A stretch of 64,000 nt of DNA, from assembly GCF_034432735.1 (NCBI RefSeq), contig NZ_DAOUBJ010000071.1:1259-65258 (forward strand), read 5' to 3'. Within the stretch, counting starts at the first letter, position 1, and each line of letters starts with the position of its first letter. The notes under the pieces were generated by a model. It was not told where the DNA came from, did no database searches, and saw nothing but the letters and a program-made list of their open reading frames with translations. A program made the translations under genes and the position numbers. This DNA is from Tepidiforma sp. (lineage in GTDB: Bacteria > Chloroflexota > Dehalococcoidia > Tepidiformales > Tepidiformaceae). Below, in pieces: positions 47,403 to 58,604 of the stretch.

Positions 47403-49013
47403 ATGACGAGCATCGCAATTCCACGACCGGCATACGCCGAACGGCCCTGGATCCTCGACTGGTTGACGACCGTCGACCACAAGAAGCTCGGGATCCTCTA
47501 CCTCTACACGACGATGTTCTTCTTCGCCGTGGGCGGGATCCTCGCGTTGCTCGTGCGTGCCCAGCTGGCGGTAGCCGACAACACCTTCGTGAACAACGAC
47601 GCGTACAACCAGATTTTCACGATGCACGCATCGGCCATGCTCTTCCTCTTCATCATTCCGGTCTGGGCAGGCTTCGGAAACTACATCGTGCCGCTGCAGA
47701 TCGGGGCTGCCGACATGGCCTTCCCGCGAATCAATGCGCTGTCGTTCTGGCTGATTCCGCCGGCCGGTTTGTTGATGTTCGCCGGCTTCCTTTTCGGCGG
47801 CGCTTCCGATGTGGGATGGACGGCCTATAGCCCGCTGGCTCGCAGCTCGGGTGTTGGGCTGGACCTCTGGATCATTGCGGTCATCATCCTCGGGGTCTCT
47901 TCGACCATCGGCGCGGCGAACTTCATGGTGACGATGTTCCGGATGCGGGCGCCGGGAATGACGATGTTCCGGATGCCGATCTTCTGCTGGACGATGCTCG
48001 TGACTGCCGTGCTGCAGTTGCTGGCGACGCCGGTTCTGGCGTCGGGCCTGGCGATGCTGTACATCGACCGGAATTTCGGGGGGTCGTTCTTCGACCCGAA
48101 TGGCGGCGGTAACGCGATCCTCTGGCAGAACATCTTCTGGTTCTACTCTCACCCGGCGGTGTACATCATGATTCTGCCGGGGATGGGGATCATCTCGGAG
48201 ATTCTGCCGGTCTTCGCACGAAAGCCGCTGTTCGGCTACAAGGCGTTCGTCTTCGCCACGATGGGTATCGGCGGTTTGGGCTTCAGCGTCTGGGCGCACC
48301 ACATGTTCACGACGGGTGCGGTACTGAAGCCTTGGTTCGGGTTCATGACGTTCATGATCGGGGTACCGACCGGGGTGAAGATGTTCAACTGGCTCGGGAC
48401 GTTGTGGCGGGGATCGATCACCTTCGAGGCACCCATGTTGTTCGCCCTGGGCTTTTTGAGCATGTTCCTTATCGGGGGCATCAACGGGACGTTCTCGGCT
48501 GCCGTGCCGGTCGACTTCGCTATCCACGACACGTACTTCGTGGTGGCGCACATCCACTACGTGCTCTTCGGCGGCGCGGTGTTCGCGGTGTTCGCGGGGC
48601 TGTACTACTGGTTCCCGAAGATCTGGGGCCGGCGGCTGGACGAGCGTCTCGCTCGGATTCACTTTGCGCTGCAGTTCATCGGATTCAACCTGGCGTTCTT
48701 CCCGATGCACCTCCTCGGCCTCGATGGCATGCCGCGGCGCATCGCGACCTATTCCGAGAGCAGTGGATGGGAGACGTTGAATCTGCTCTCGACGATCGGT
48801 GCGTTCCTGATCGGGGTGGCGATGATTCCGTTCATCATCAATGTGGTGATGGCGTTCCTGCGACCGAAGGATCAGCCGAACGACCCGTGGGAGGCGAACA
48901 CGCTCGAGTGGTGGACCACGTCGCCGCCTCCTGTGCACAACTTCGATAGCCTGCCCGAGGTGCACTCGGAGCGACCGCTCTGGGACGTACGCCACGGCAA
49001 GACGGCCCATTGA
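47403..49013 (+). CDS. ctaD: cytochrome c oxidase subunit I
   Basis: 536 aa. WFYSHPAVYIMILP, HHMFT and VAHIHYV motifs of heme-copper oxidases. Confidence 0.95.
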   Translation: MTSIAIPRPAYAERPWILDWLTTVDHKKLGILYLYTTMFFFAVGGILALLVRAQLAVADNTFVNNDAYNQIFTMHASAMLFLFIIPVWAGFGNYIVPLQIGAADMAFPRINALSFWLIPPAGLLMFAGFLFGGASDVGWTAYSPLARSSGVGLDLWIIAVIILGVSSTIGAANFMVTMFRMRAPGMTMFRMPIFCWTMLVTAVLQLLATPVLASGLAMLYIDRNFGGSFFDPNGGGNAILWQNIFWFYSHPAVYIMILPGMGIISEILPVFARKPLFGYKAFVFATMGIGGLGFSVWAHHMFTTGAVLKPWFGFMTFMIGVPTGVKMFNWLGTLWRGSITFEAPMLFALGFLSMFLIGGINGTFSAAVPVDFAIHDTYFVVAHIHYVLFGGAVFAVFAGLYYWFPKIWGRRLDERLARIHFALQFIGFNLAFFPMHLLGLDGMPRRIATYSESSGWETLNLLSTIGAFLIGVAMIPFIINVVMAFLRPKDQPNDPWEANTLEWWTTSPPPVHNFDSLPEVHSERPLWDVRHGKTAH

Positions 49014-49069
49014 TCCGGGCCGAAGGTCCATCGCTCACACGGGCTTAGCAGGGGAGACTGGAGGAGTCC

Positions 49070-49681
49070 ATGGCATCGCACGCGGTCGCGACGCAGCACA
49101 AGCAGGGCCTGAGCAATGGGATGCTCGGTTTCATCCTCTTCCTCGCGTCGGAGGTGATGTTCTTCGGCGGGCTGTTCGCGGCGTACTTCATCGCCCGTGC
49201 GGACGCGAACGAGTGGCCGCCGGAGTACCTGTTGACGCCGGAACAGATCGCCTCGGGCGTGAAGCTCGAGGTGGAGTTCTGGCTGCCGTTCATCGCGACG
49301 ATCCTGCTGGTCACGAGCTCGGTGACGATTCAGGCTGCGGTCTTCAGCATCCAGCGGGGCAACCGTTCGGGGCTCATCCGCTGGACGTTCATCTCGATCG
49401 TGCTGGGGCTGGTCTTCCTCGTGATGCAGATGTACGACTACAGCCAGCTGCATTTCGGGGTCGGCGACACCATTTACGGGACGACGTTCTACACGCTGAC
49501 GGGCTTCCACGGGCTGCACGTGGCAGGGGGCGTGGTCTTCATGGGCATCATCCTGGCCCGCTCGCTGGCGGGCCAGTTCACGGCAGCGAACCACGAAGCG
49601 GTAGAGGCGTGCTCGTTCTATTGGCACTTCGTGGATGTGGTGTGGATTGCCCTCTTCACCACGCTCTACATCATTCCGTAA
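49070..49681 (+). CDS. ctaE: cytochrome c oxidase subunit III
   Basis: 203 aa. FFGGLF, TGFHGLHV and YWHFVDVVW motifs. Confidence 0.9.
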   Translation: MASHAVATQHKQGLSNGMLGFILFLASEVMFFGGLFAAYFIARADANEWPPEYLLTPEQIASGVKLEVEFWLPFIATILLVTSSVTIQAAVFSIQRGNRSGLIRWTFISIVLGLVFLVMQMYDYSQLHFGVGDTIYGTTFYTLTGFHGLHVAGGVVFMGIILARSLAGQFTAANHEAVEACSFYWHFVDVVWIALFTTLYIIP

Positions 49682-49719
49682 CGCCCACAGGCGCGAAAAC
49701 TACGGGGAGTTAGCACCGA

Positions 49720-50823
49720 ATGGACCATCAGGCGAACGCACACGGCGACCACGACGTCCACCTGCCGGATCCGAGCATCTGGCCGCTCGTCGTCGGGGTC
49801 GCCGCGCTCTTTCTCGGCGCTGCGCTGATCTACTGGTCGCGCGTCGATGACCAGACGTTCGCCGGTCCGCTACTGGGGGCGGCAATCGTTTCGACGCTGA
49901 TCGCCGTTTTCGGGTGGGCATACGAGGATGGCCAGATGCGGAAGAAGGCGGCGGAAGGTGGCCACGGCCAGGCGAAACCGACGCGCTACACGCAGGTAGT
50001 GACGTTCGCGTTGGCCGAGGGGAAGCTGCAGCAGGCGCGAGAGAGCGGCATCATCCACGACCTGGAGAGCAGCGACAACCAGCTTCGGGATCTCGATGGG
50101 TTCCAGGATTTGCGCATCATCGTGTCGCCAGCGGCGACTGGGCCTTCGCAGGTGCTCGTGGAGACGACGTGGTCGGACCGGGAAGGGCTCGCGACCTACG
50201 AGGAGACGCGCCAGACGATGCTGGACATCATCGCGCGACATACCGACGAGGTGGTTCCGGGGACGGTCCAAGTGTTCGACATGGAGGTCATCCGGGACAC
50301 GAAGGACGTGACGTTCCGGTTCGGTACGGGTGCGGCCTTCACGGTCATCGCCGGTCTGATGCTGGGCGGTTTCATGATTGGCGCCGGGCTGAATCTCTTC
50401 GCGAGCGAGTCGACTGGTACGGGTGGCGGTGCGCCGCAGCCGACGGTGCCGGCGAACCCGTTCCGGGTGGTCGCGACGGACAACCGATTCGACAAGAAGG
50501 AGATCGTCGCGGGGCCGAACGCGGAGATCACGATCACGCTCGTGAACAACGGGCGCGCGAAGCACAACATTCACTTCCTGACGCAGAAGGGTGGGCAGAC
50601 GCTGGCGCCGGGTGCCGAAGGAGAGATCATCGATGGCGGCGGCACGACGACGACGCTGACGTTCACTACGCCCGGTCCTGGCGAGTACTACTTCCTCTGC
50701 GACCTTCACCCCGACCAGATGTTCGGCACGTTCCGGGTGGTGGAAGGGGGGCCGACGGGCACGGGGGAGGCTCCGGCAGCTCCATCCGGGGGCACGCCAG
50801 CAGCGGGCGGCATGACCGGCTAG
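49720..50823 (+). CDS. fusion protein: oxidase subunit-IV-like two-helix anchor + ABM-fold domain + TM helix + type-1 copper cupredoxin domain
   Basis: 367 aa, 38 nt after ctaE. N-terminal LPDPSIWPLVVGVAALFLGAALIY is subunit-IV-like. LVETTWSDREGLATYEET is ABM-like. C-terminal KHNIHF ... YFLCDLHPDQMFG gives a plastocyanin-type His/Cys/His/Met set. Confidence 0.75.
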   Translation: MDHQANAHGDHDVHLPDPSIWPLVVGVAALFLGAALIYWSRVDDQTFAGPLLGAAIVSTLIAVFGWAYEDGQMRKKAAEGGHGQAKPTRYTQVVTFALAEGKLQQARESGIIHDLESSDNQLRDLDGFQDLRIIVSPAATGPSQVLVETTWSDREGLATYEETRQTMLDIIARHTDEVVPGTVQVFDMEVIRDTKDVTFRFGTGAAFTVIAGLMLGGFMIGAGLNLFASESTGTGGGAPQPTVPANPFRVVATDNRFDKKEIVAGPNAEITITLVNNGRAKHNIHFLTQKGGQTLAPGAEGEIIDGGGTTTTLTFTTPGPGEYYFLCDLHPDQMFGTFRVVEGGPTGTGEAPAAPSGGTPAAGGMTG

Positions 50824-50852
50824 GCGGCCAGGCGCCGCGTGCTCGAGACGAA

Positions 50853-50880
50853 AGAGGCCGTCCGGCAAGGGGCGGCCTCT
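50853..50880. terminator. possible bidirectional terminator between convergent genes
   Basis: AGAGGCCG ... CGGCCTCT 8-bp stem with a 12-nt loop, in the 81-nt gap between the + gene ending at 50823 and the - gene ending at 50905. Confidence 0.3.
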
Positions 50881-50904
50881 CGGCTTGGCGGGAGAATGGT
50901 TTGG

Positions 50905-52209
50905 TTATTCGAAAACGCCTTCGGCGAGGAGTTCGACGTATTCTTCCTCGGCGAGCCCGACGACCTCGCGAAAGACGTATTCGTTGTGTTCTCCGAGTAG
51001 GGGAGCGGGGCGAGTGAGCTCGGCCGGAGTTTTGGAGAGCTCGAAGGCGGGGGAATCGTAGGTTCGTTCGCCCATGACAGGGTGGTGGAGTTTCCAGTAG
51101 TGGCGACGATGGGCCAACTGGGGGTCGCGGTGCATCTCTTCGGGCGATTGGACGATGCCACAGGGGACTCCGAACGACTGGAAGAGCTGGACGACTTCTT
51201 CGGTGGTGTACTTGCGGACGGGGGGGCCCTCGATGCCTTCTTCGGCTTGGAGGGCGGCTTCTTCGGGCAGGCGGGTGAAGTCTTCGAACCAGAAGGTGAG
51301 GTGGCGGTCGATCTCTTTCTGCTCATGGATGCGCTGCCAGCGTCGGCGCATGCGCTCCATGTCGCACCACTCGGGACGCCCGAGGGCGGCTTTGAGGCCC
51401 TCCCAGTGCTTTTCGGTCTCGCAGGCGATGACGACCCAGCGGCCGTCGCGGCAGCGGTAGGCGTTGTGCGGGGCGGCTTCGAGGTCGTGGTTGCCGAGGC
51501 GGGTTTGCTCGTGTCCGTTGACGGTCCAGTCGAGGATGGCCGTCCAGAGCCCGTGGATAGCGGCTTCGAATTGGGAGAAGTCGATGTATTGGCCTTGACC
51601 GGTGCGGCGTCGGTAGTCGAGGGCCGCGATGAGGGCGATGGCAGCGAAATGGGGGACGAGGAAATCGGTATAGGCGACACCGGTGCCGATGGGGGGGCCA
51701 TCTTCCCATCCGGTGAAATGGTTGTAGCCGGCGGCGGCCTGGAGCACGTGCCCATAGCCCGAGTAGTGGGCCCAAGGGCCTGTCTGTCCGTAGAGGGGCA
51801 TCGAGATCATGACGATGTCCGGTCGGATTTGGCGGACGGTTTCGTAATCGAAGCCGAAGCGAGCCATCGTGCCGGGCGTGAACGATTCGGTGACGACGTC
51901 GCATTTGGCGAGGAGGCGGCGAACCAGGTCGGGGGCCTTCGGGTGCTTGAAGTTGACGGAGATGCCGAGTTTGGAGCTGTTGAAGTTGGCGAAGTAGCCG
52001 GATCCGTCGATGTGGGGGGTATCGCCGACGAATGGGCCGACGCGGCGGAGCGCTTCGGGGTAGGTGGTACTTTCGATACGGATGACTTCGGCGCCATGGT
52101 CGGCGAGGTATTTCGAGACGAGTGGGCCGACGCCGACCCAGGCGAAATCGGCGACGCGGATGCCGGTGAACGGCTTTTGGAGCGGCGGGAGTTCGGGGGG
52201 TTCGGACAT
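50905..52209 (-). CDS. family III CoA-transferase (CaiB/BaiF)
   Basis: 434 aa. GIRVADFAWVGVGPLVSKYLADHGAEVIRIES and the C-terminal PLLGEHN motif. Confidence 0.85.
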   Translation of the reverse strand: MSEPPELPPLQKPFTGIRVADFAWVGVGPLVSKYLADHGAEVIRIESTTYPEALRRVGPFVGDTPHIDGSGYFANFNSSKLGISVNFKHPKAPDLVRRLLAKCDVVTESFTPGTMARFGFDYETVRQIRPDIVMISMPLYGQTGPWAHYSGYGHVLQAAAGYNHFTGWEDGPPIGTGVAYTDFLVPHFAAIALIAALDYRRRTGQGQYIDFSQFEAAIHGLWTAILDWTVNGHEQTRLGNHDLEAAPHNAYRCRDGRWVVIACETEKHWEGLKAALGRPEWCDMERMRRRWQRIHEQKEIDRHLTFWFEDFTRLPEEAALQAEEGIEGPPVRKYTTEEVVQLFQSFGVPCGIVQSPEEMHRDPQLAHRRHYWKLHHPVMGERTYDSPAFELSKTPAELTRPAPLLGEHNEYVFREVVGLAEEEYVELLAEGVFE

Positions 52210-52211
52210 GG

Positions 52212-53495
52212 TCAGATCACCATCCTGAGTCGGAGCTTGCGGAGGTCTTGGGGTTCGAGCCCCAAGAGTCCGCAGTAGACCTCTTCGTTATGTTCGCCGA
52301 GGTGGGGAGCGCGGCCGCGCTGCTTCCAGGGGGTGGCAGAGAGGCGGAACGGTGCTCCCGGGTAGGTGAACGATTCGCCGATGTCTTCGTGGTGGACGCG
52401 AACCCAGTAGTCGCGAGCGGCGAGTTGCTCGCATTCGACGATTTCGCGAGGTCCGAAGACGGGTGCCCAGCCGGCGCCGCGGCGTTGTGCTTCGGCGACG
52501 AGCTCTTGTTTGCGGCGGGTGCGGCAGAAGGCAGCCATGGTTTCTTCGACGTACTGGCGCTCCTCGGGGGTGAGCGGCTGGAGGCTGGTGAGCTTTTGGC
52601 GCCATTCGGGTGCATCGAGGCCTCGCGCTTCGCCGTGCTCGGCGAGCCAATCGATGATGGCGTTGGCTTGCAGGCCGATCAGCCCGCCGGCCTGGAGGGC
52701 AGCGACCCATCCGTCGGCTGTTTCGAAGAGGTAGCGGGCGGCTCGCACGCCGGCGCTGTTCCGGTACAGGCCGGGGCCGGAGGTGTTGACGCGGCGGATG
52801 TCCCAGGTCTGCTGGGCGTTGTCCATGGCGTTGGCGACGGCTTCTTGCATGGAGACGTCGACGTGCTGACCGATGCCGTTGTTGATGGCTCGGGCGTAGA
52901 GGGCGGTGAGTGCACCGACCATGGCCTGGACGTTGACTTGGGTGTATGCCTGAGGGACGGTGGTGCGAACGGGGCCACGTTCGGGATCGCCGTTGAGGTG
53001 CATGAGCCCGCCCATGGCGGCGCCGACGATGTCGGTGGCGTGCCAGCGGGCGTAGGGGCCGTCCTGGCCGAATCCGGTGATGGAAACGAGGATGGCGGAG
53101 GGGTTGACCCGCTCGATGGTGGGGTAATCGAGGCCGAGCGCGGCGGCCTCGCCGGGCATGGTGGTTTCGATGACGATATCGGAAATGGCGACGAGACGGT
53201 GGAAGAGGTCGCGCCCCTGTTCGAGCTTGAGTTGGAGGGTGATGGAGCGTTTGCCGGCGTTCATCACCCACCAGTAGAGGCTGGTCTCGGTGCCGGCTTC
53301 GTTGCGGTAGAAGGGGGCATGCTGGCGGGCAGGGTCGCCTTCGCGCGGGGGTTCGACCTTGATGACATCGGCGCCGAGTTCGGCGAGGAGCCGGGCGCCG
53401 AGCTGTCCTTTTTCGTCGGCGAGGTCGAGGACGCGGTAGCCGGCGAGCGGTCCGGCGGGATGGGGAAGCGGGGCTGGCGGCCGTTCGGGGTTCAT
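52212..53495 (-). CDS. family III CoA-transferase (CaiB/BaiF)
   Basis: Trimmed from the 691-aa ORF to the ATG at 53495 (MNPERPP...). GYRVLDLADEKGQLGARLLAELGADVIKVE and PHLGEHN motifs. The stop lies 2 nt before the downstream paralog's start. Confidence 0.85.
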   Translation of the reverse strand: MNPERPPAPLPHPAGPLAGYRVLDLADEKGQLGARLLAELGADVIKVEPPREGDPARQHAPFYRNEAGTETSLYWWVMNAGKRSITLQLKLEQGRDLFHRLVAISDIVIETTMPGEAAALGLDYPTIERVNPSAILVSITGFGQDGPYARWHATDIVGAAMGGLMHLNGDPERGPVRTTVPQAYTQVNVQAMVGALTALYARAINNGIGQHVDVSMQEAVANAMDNAQQTWDIRRVNTSGPGLYRNSAGVRAARYLFETADGWVAALQAGGLIGLQANAIIDWLAEHGEARGLDAPEWRQKLTSLQPLTPEERQYVEETMAAFCRTRRKQELVAEAQRRGAGWAPVFGPREIVECEQLAARDYWVRVHHEDIGESFTYPGAPFRLSATPWKQRGRAPHLGEHNEEVYCGLLGLEPQDLRKLRLRMVI

Positions 53496-53527
53496 AGCCG
53501 GTGTTGTACCGGGTCGCGGAGGCCTGT

Positions 53528-54721
<1,194 letters not shown>

Positions 54722-54768
54722 CTGCCTCTAGCGTACTCCGCGTTGGGTGGCGCGGCGAGGGGCAGGGT

Positions 54769-55935
54769 TCACTGGCGTGCGGACCAGGCTTCGAGACGGC
54801 GCATGCCTTCTTCGAGGCGGTCGTCGGGGGTGGTGACGGAGAGGCGGATGTACCCTTCGCCGTTGACGCCGTAGCCGCGGCCCGGCGTGACAACGACGCC
54901 GGTCTCGTCGATGAGGCGGGCGGCGTACTCGGCGCTCGTGATGCCTTCGGGGAGCTTGGCCCACACATAGAGCGATGCTTTGGGGAGATCGACCTCGAGC
55001 CCACACTTGCGAAGGACTTCGACGATGCGGTCGCGGCGGCGCTGGTAGATGCGGTTATGTTCATCGATGCAATCTTGCGGCCCGTCGATCGCGGCGATGG
55101 CCATTTTTTGGATGGCCTGGGGGATGCCGCTGTCGAGGTTGGATTTGACGCGCATGAGGGCATCGACCATGTGTGCGTTCCCGACGACCATGCCGATGCG
55201 CCAACCGGTCATGTTGTAGGCCTTGGACCAGGAGTTGAATTCGACGGCGACGTCGCGGGCGCCGGGGACCTGGAAGATGGTGACGGGGTTGTAGCCATCG
55301 TAGGCGACGTCGCAGTAGGGGTTATCGTGGAGGATGGCGACGTCGTATTTTTTGGCCCAGGCGACGGCTTTTTCGAAGAAGTCGAGTGGGGCGACGGCGC
55401 CGGTCGGGTTGTTGGGGTAGTTGAGCCAAAGGACTTTGGCGCGATGGGCGACGTCTTCGGGGATGGCGTCGAGGTTGGGGAGCCAGCCGTTCTGGCGATC
55501 GAGGTCGAGGCGATAGCATTGGCCGCCGGCGAACATGGTGCCGATTTCGTAGACGGGGTAGGCGGGGTCGGGAACGAGAGCGATGTCGCCAGGGTCGATG
55601 AAGCAGAGGGCGATGTGGCCGATGCCTTCTTTGGAACCGATGAGGGGGAGGGTTTCTTTGTGGGGATCGAAGGCGACTTCGAATCGCCGTTGGTAGTAGC
55701 GAGCGATGGCTTCGCGGAGTTCGGGGAGGCCTTCGGATTCGGGGTAGCGATGGTTGACTGGGTCTTCGGCGGCTTGGTGGAGGGCGTCGAGGATGTGGCG
55801 CGGGGTCGGGAGGTCGGGATCGCCGATGCCGAAGGTGACGATATCGACGCCCTGTGCGCGCTTGGCGGCGATTTTTTTGGAGATTTCGGCGAAGAGGTAG
55901 GGGGGCAGCGCCTCGACGCGGCGGGCGAGTTTCAT
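54769..55935 (-). CDS. dapL: LL-diaminopimelate aminotransferase (class I aminotransferase)
   Basis: Trimmed to the ATG at 55935. LPPYLFAEISKKI, GIGDPDLPTP and NSWSKAYNMTGWRIG (PLP Lys). Adjacent to dapF. Confidence 0.8.
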   Translation of the reverse strand: MKLARRVEALPPYLFAEISKKIAAKRAQGVDIVTFGIGDPDLPTPRHILDALHQAAEDPVNHRYPESEGLPELREAIARYYQRRFEVAFDPHKETLPLIGSKEGIGHIALCFIDPGDIALVPDPAYPVYEIGTMFAGGQCYRLDLDRQNGWLPNLDAIPEDVAHRAKVLWLNYPNNPTGAVAPLDFFEKAVAWAKKYDVAILHDNPYCDVAYDGYNPVTIFQVPGARDVAVEFNSWSKAYNMTGWRIGMVVGNAHMVDALMRVKSNLDSGIPQAIQKMAIAAIDGPQDCIDEHNRIYQRRRDRIVEVLRKCGLEVDLPKASLYVWAKLPEGITSAEYAARLIDETGVVVTPGRGYGVNGEGYIRLSVTTPDDRLEEGMRRLEAWSARQ

Positions 55936-56047
55936 GGGTGCGGTCCCTGGGATGGAGTGATGCGACGCGCGCGGGGGAGGGCCGCCCAGCGCACGAACGT
56001 TTGGGATCGTACCACGGGATGGGGTTAGGGCTGGTGGGTGTGGGCGG

Positions 56048-56893
56048 TCAGGGGCCGTACCATTCCGCATCGAAGACGCGGACGGCAGGTCCGGTCATGA
56101 AAACGGAGCCGGCCCCATCCCATTCGAGGACGAGGTCGCCCCCGGGCATGTGGTCGACGATGCGTTGGCCGGTGAAACCGCGGAGGTGGGATGCGGCGGC
56201 GACGGCCGCGGCGCTGGTACCGGATGCGAGGGTGATGCCGGAGCCGCGTTCCCAGACGCGGTGTTTGACTTCGCCGGGGCCGAGGACCTGTACGACTTGG
56301 AAGTTGACCCGCTTGGGGAAGAGCGGATGGTGTTCGACGAGGGGACCGATGCGTTCGAGGGGAAAGTCGTCGGGGTCGGAGTCGAGGTAGTGAATGGCGT
56401 GTGGGTTGCCCATGCTGACGAGGGTGAGGTGGAGGTCGATGCCATCGATGGTTATGGGAAGGTCGATGATGGGGCCGGGGCCTTCGACGGCTGCGGGGAG
56501 GGACGTTGGATCGAATGAGGGCGGGCCCATATCGACGCGGGCGGCGGTGACGACGCCGTTTTCGCGGTACACGGTGAGGGTCTTGATGCCGGCGAGGGTT
56601 TCGACGGTGACCTGTTGGCGATCGGCGGGGACGAGTCCTTCTTCGATGGCGAACTTGACGAGGCAGCGGATGCCGTTTCCGCACATTTCTGCCTCGGAGC
56701 CATCGGCGTTGAACATTCGCATGCGGACATCGGCGATGGTGGAGGGGAGCGCGAGGATGAGGCCATCGCTGCCGACGCCGAAGTGGCGGTCGCTGATTCG
56801 GCGGGAGAGTTCGGGCCAGTCGTGCTCGGATTCGCTGGCAGGAGCGAGGTAGACGTAGTCGTTGCCGAGCCCGTGCATTTTGGTGACGCGCAT
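56048..56893 (-). CDS. dapF: diaminopimelate epimerase
   Basis: Trimmed to the ATG at 56893. KMHGLGNDYV, MCGNGIRC and a second catalytic region with SGTSA. Confidence 0.9.
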   Translation of the reverse strand: MRVTKMHGLGNDYVYLAPASESEHDWPELSRRISDRHFGVGSDGLILALPSTIADVRMRMFNADGSEAEMCGNGIRCLVKFAIEEGLVPADRQQVTVETLAGIKTLTVYRENGVVTAARVDMGPPSFDPTSLPAAVEGPGPIIDLPITIDGIDLHLTLVSMGNPHAIHYLDSDPDDFPLERIGPLVEHHPLFPKRVNFQVVQVLGPGEVKHRVWERGSGITLASGTSAAAVAAASHLRGFTGQRIVDHMPGGDLVLEWDGAGSVFMTGPAVRVFDAEWYGP

Positions 56894-56919
56894 GGGGGTC
56901 AGTTTAGCTTGTGGCGTGG

Positions 56920-57857
56920 CTATCGGCGCTCGCCGCGGATGGTGTTGGTGCAGACGCCGGTGAAGATGTTGGCCTGGAGTTCGATGTCGTCGGCGTGGCG
57001 CACCCAGGTGATGCGCGGGTCGTCGCGGCGGAACCATTGTTCTTGCGAGCGGATGAGTCGGTGGGTGGCGCGCTTTGTCCGCTCGATGGCCTCGGCGAGG
57101 GTGGTTTGCGCCTGGAGGTATGCGACGACTTCGCGGTAGCCGATGGAGGACATGGCGGGCGCGTCGGGGGGTACGCCGGCCTGGAGCAGGGTGTGGACTT
57201 CGTCGACGAGCCCGGCCGCGAACATTCGCTCGACCCGGTCATCGACGCGGGCGTAGAGCTCGCGGCGCGGGACATCGATGGCAAAGAGGAGAAACTCGAA
57301 ATCGGGTGGGGTTTTCTTCTGCCATTCGGAGATGGGGCGACCTGTTTTTTGGTAGACCTCGAGCGCGCGGATGATGCGGCGACTGTTGCGAGGGTCGATG
57401 CGGGCGGCGGCGGTTGGATCGACGGCGGCGAGGCGGGCGTGGAGAGAGGCGGGGCCTTCGAGTTGGGCGATTTCCTGGAGGGCTGTGCGGAGGGCGGGGT
57501 CGGGAGGGATGGGCGGTACTTGCCAGTTTTCGAGGAGGGCCCAGATGTATTGGGGCGTGCCGCCGACGAGCCAGGGGAAGTTGCCCCGCGCCCAGATCGT
57601 TTCCAGGGCCTCGCGCGCATCGGCCAGGTATTCGGCGAGGGAGTAGCTTTGGCGGGGATCGCGGGTGTCGTAGAGGTGGTGGCGGACGAGACGGCGTTCG
57701 GCCGGCGTAGGTTTGGCCGTTCCGATGTCCATGCCGCGGTACACTTGGCGGCTGTCGGCGTTGACGATTTCACCGCCGAGCCGCTGCGCGAGCTGGAGTG
57801 CGGCGGCGCTTTTGCCCGCCCCGGTCGGGCCGACGATGGCGACGAGGCGGCGCAGCA

Positions 57858-57858
<1 letters not shown>
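56920..57858 (-). CDS. miaA: tRNA dimethylallyltransferase
   Basis: GPTGAGKS P-loop and NADSRQVYRGMDIGTAKP. The start overlaps the tpiA stop (TAATG). Confidence 0.9.
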
Positions 57859-58601
<743 letters not shown>

Positions 58602-58604
58602 GGG

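Noticed and set aside
47193-49031. 612-aa minus-strand ORF antisense to ctaD
   Set aside because: Arg/His/Glu-rich nonsense translation. The + strand is an unmistakable heme-copper oxidase subunit I.
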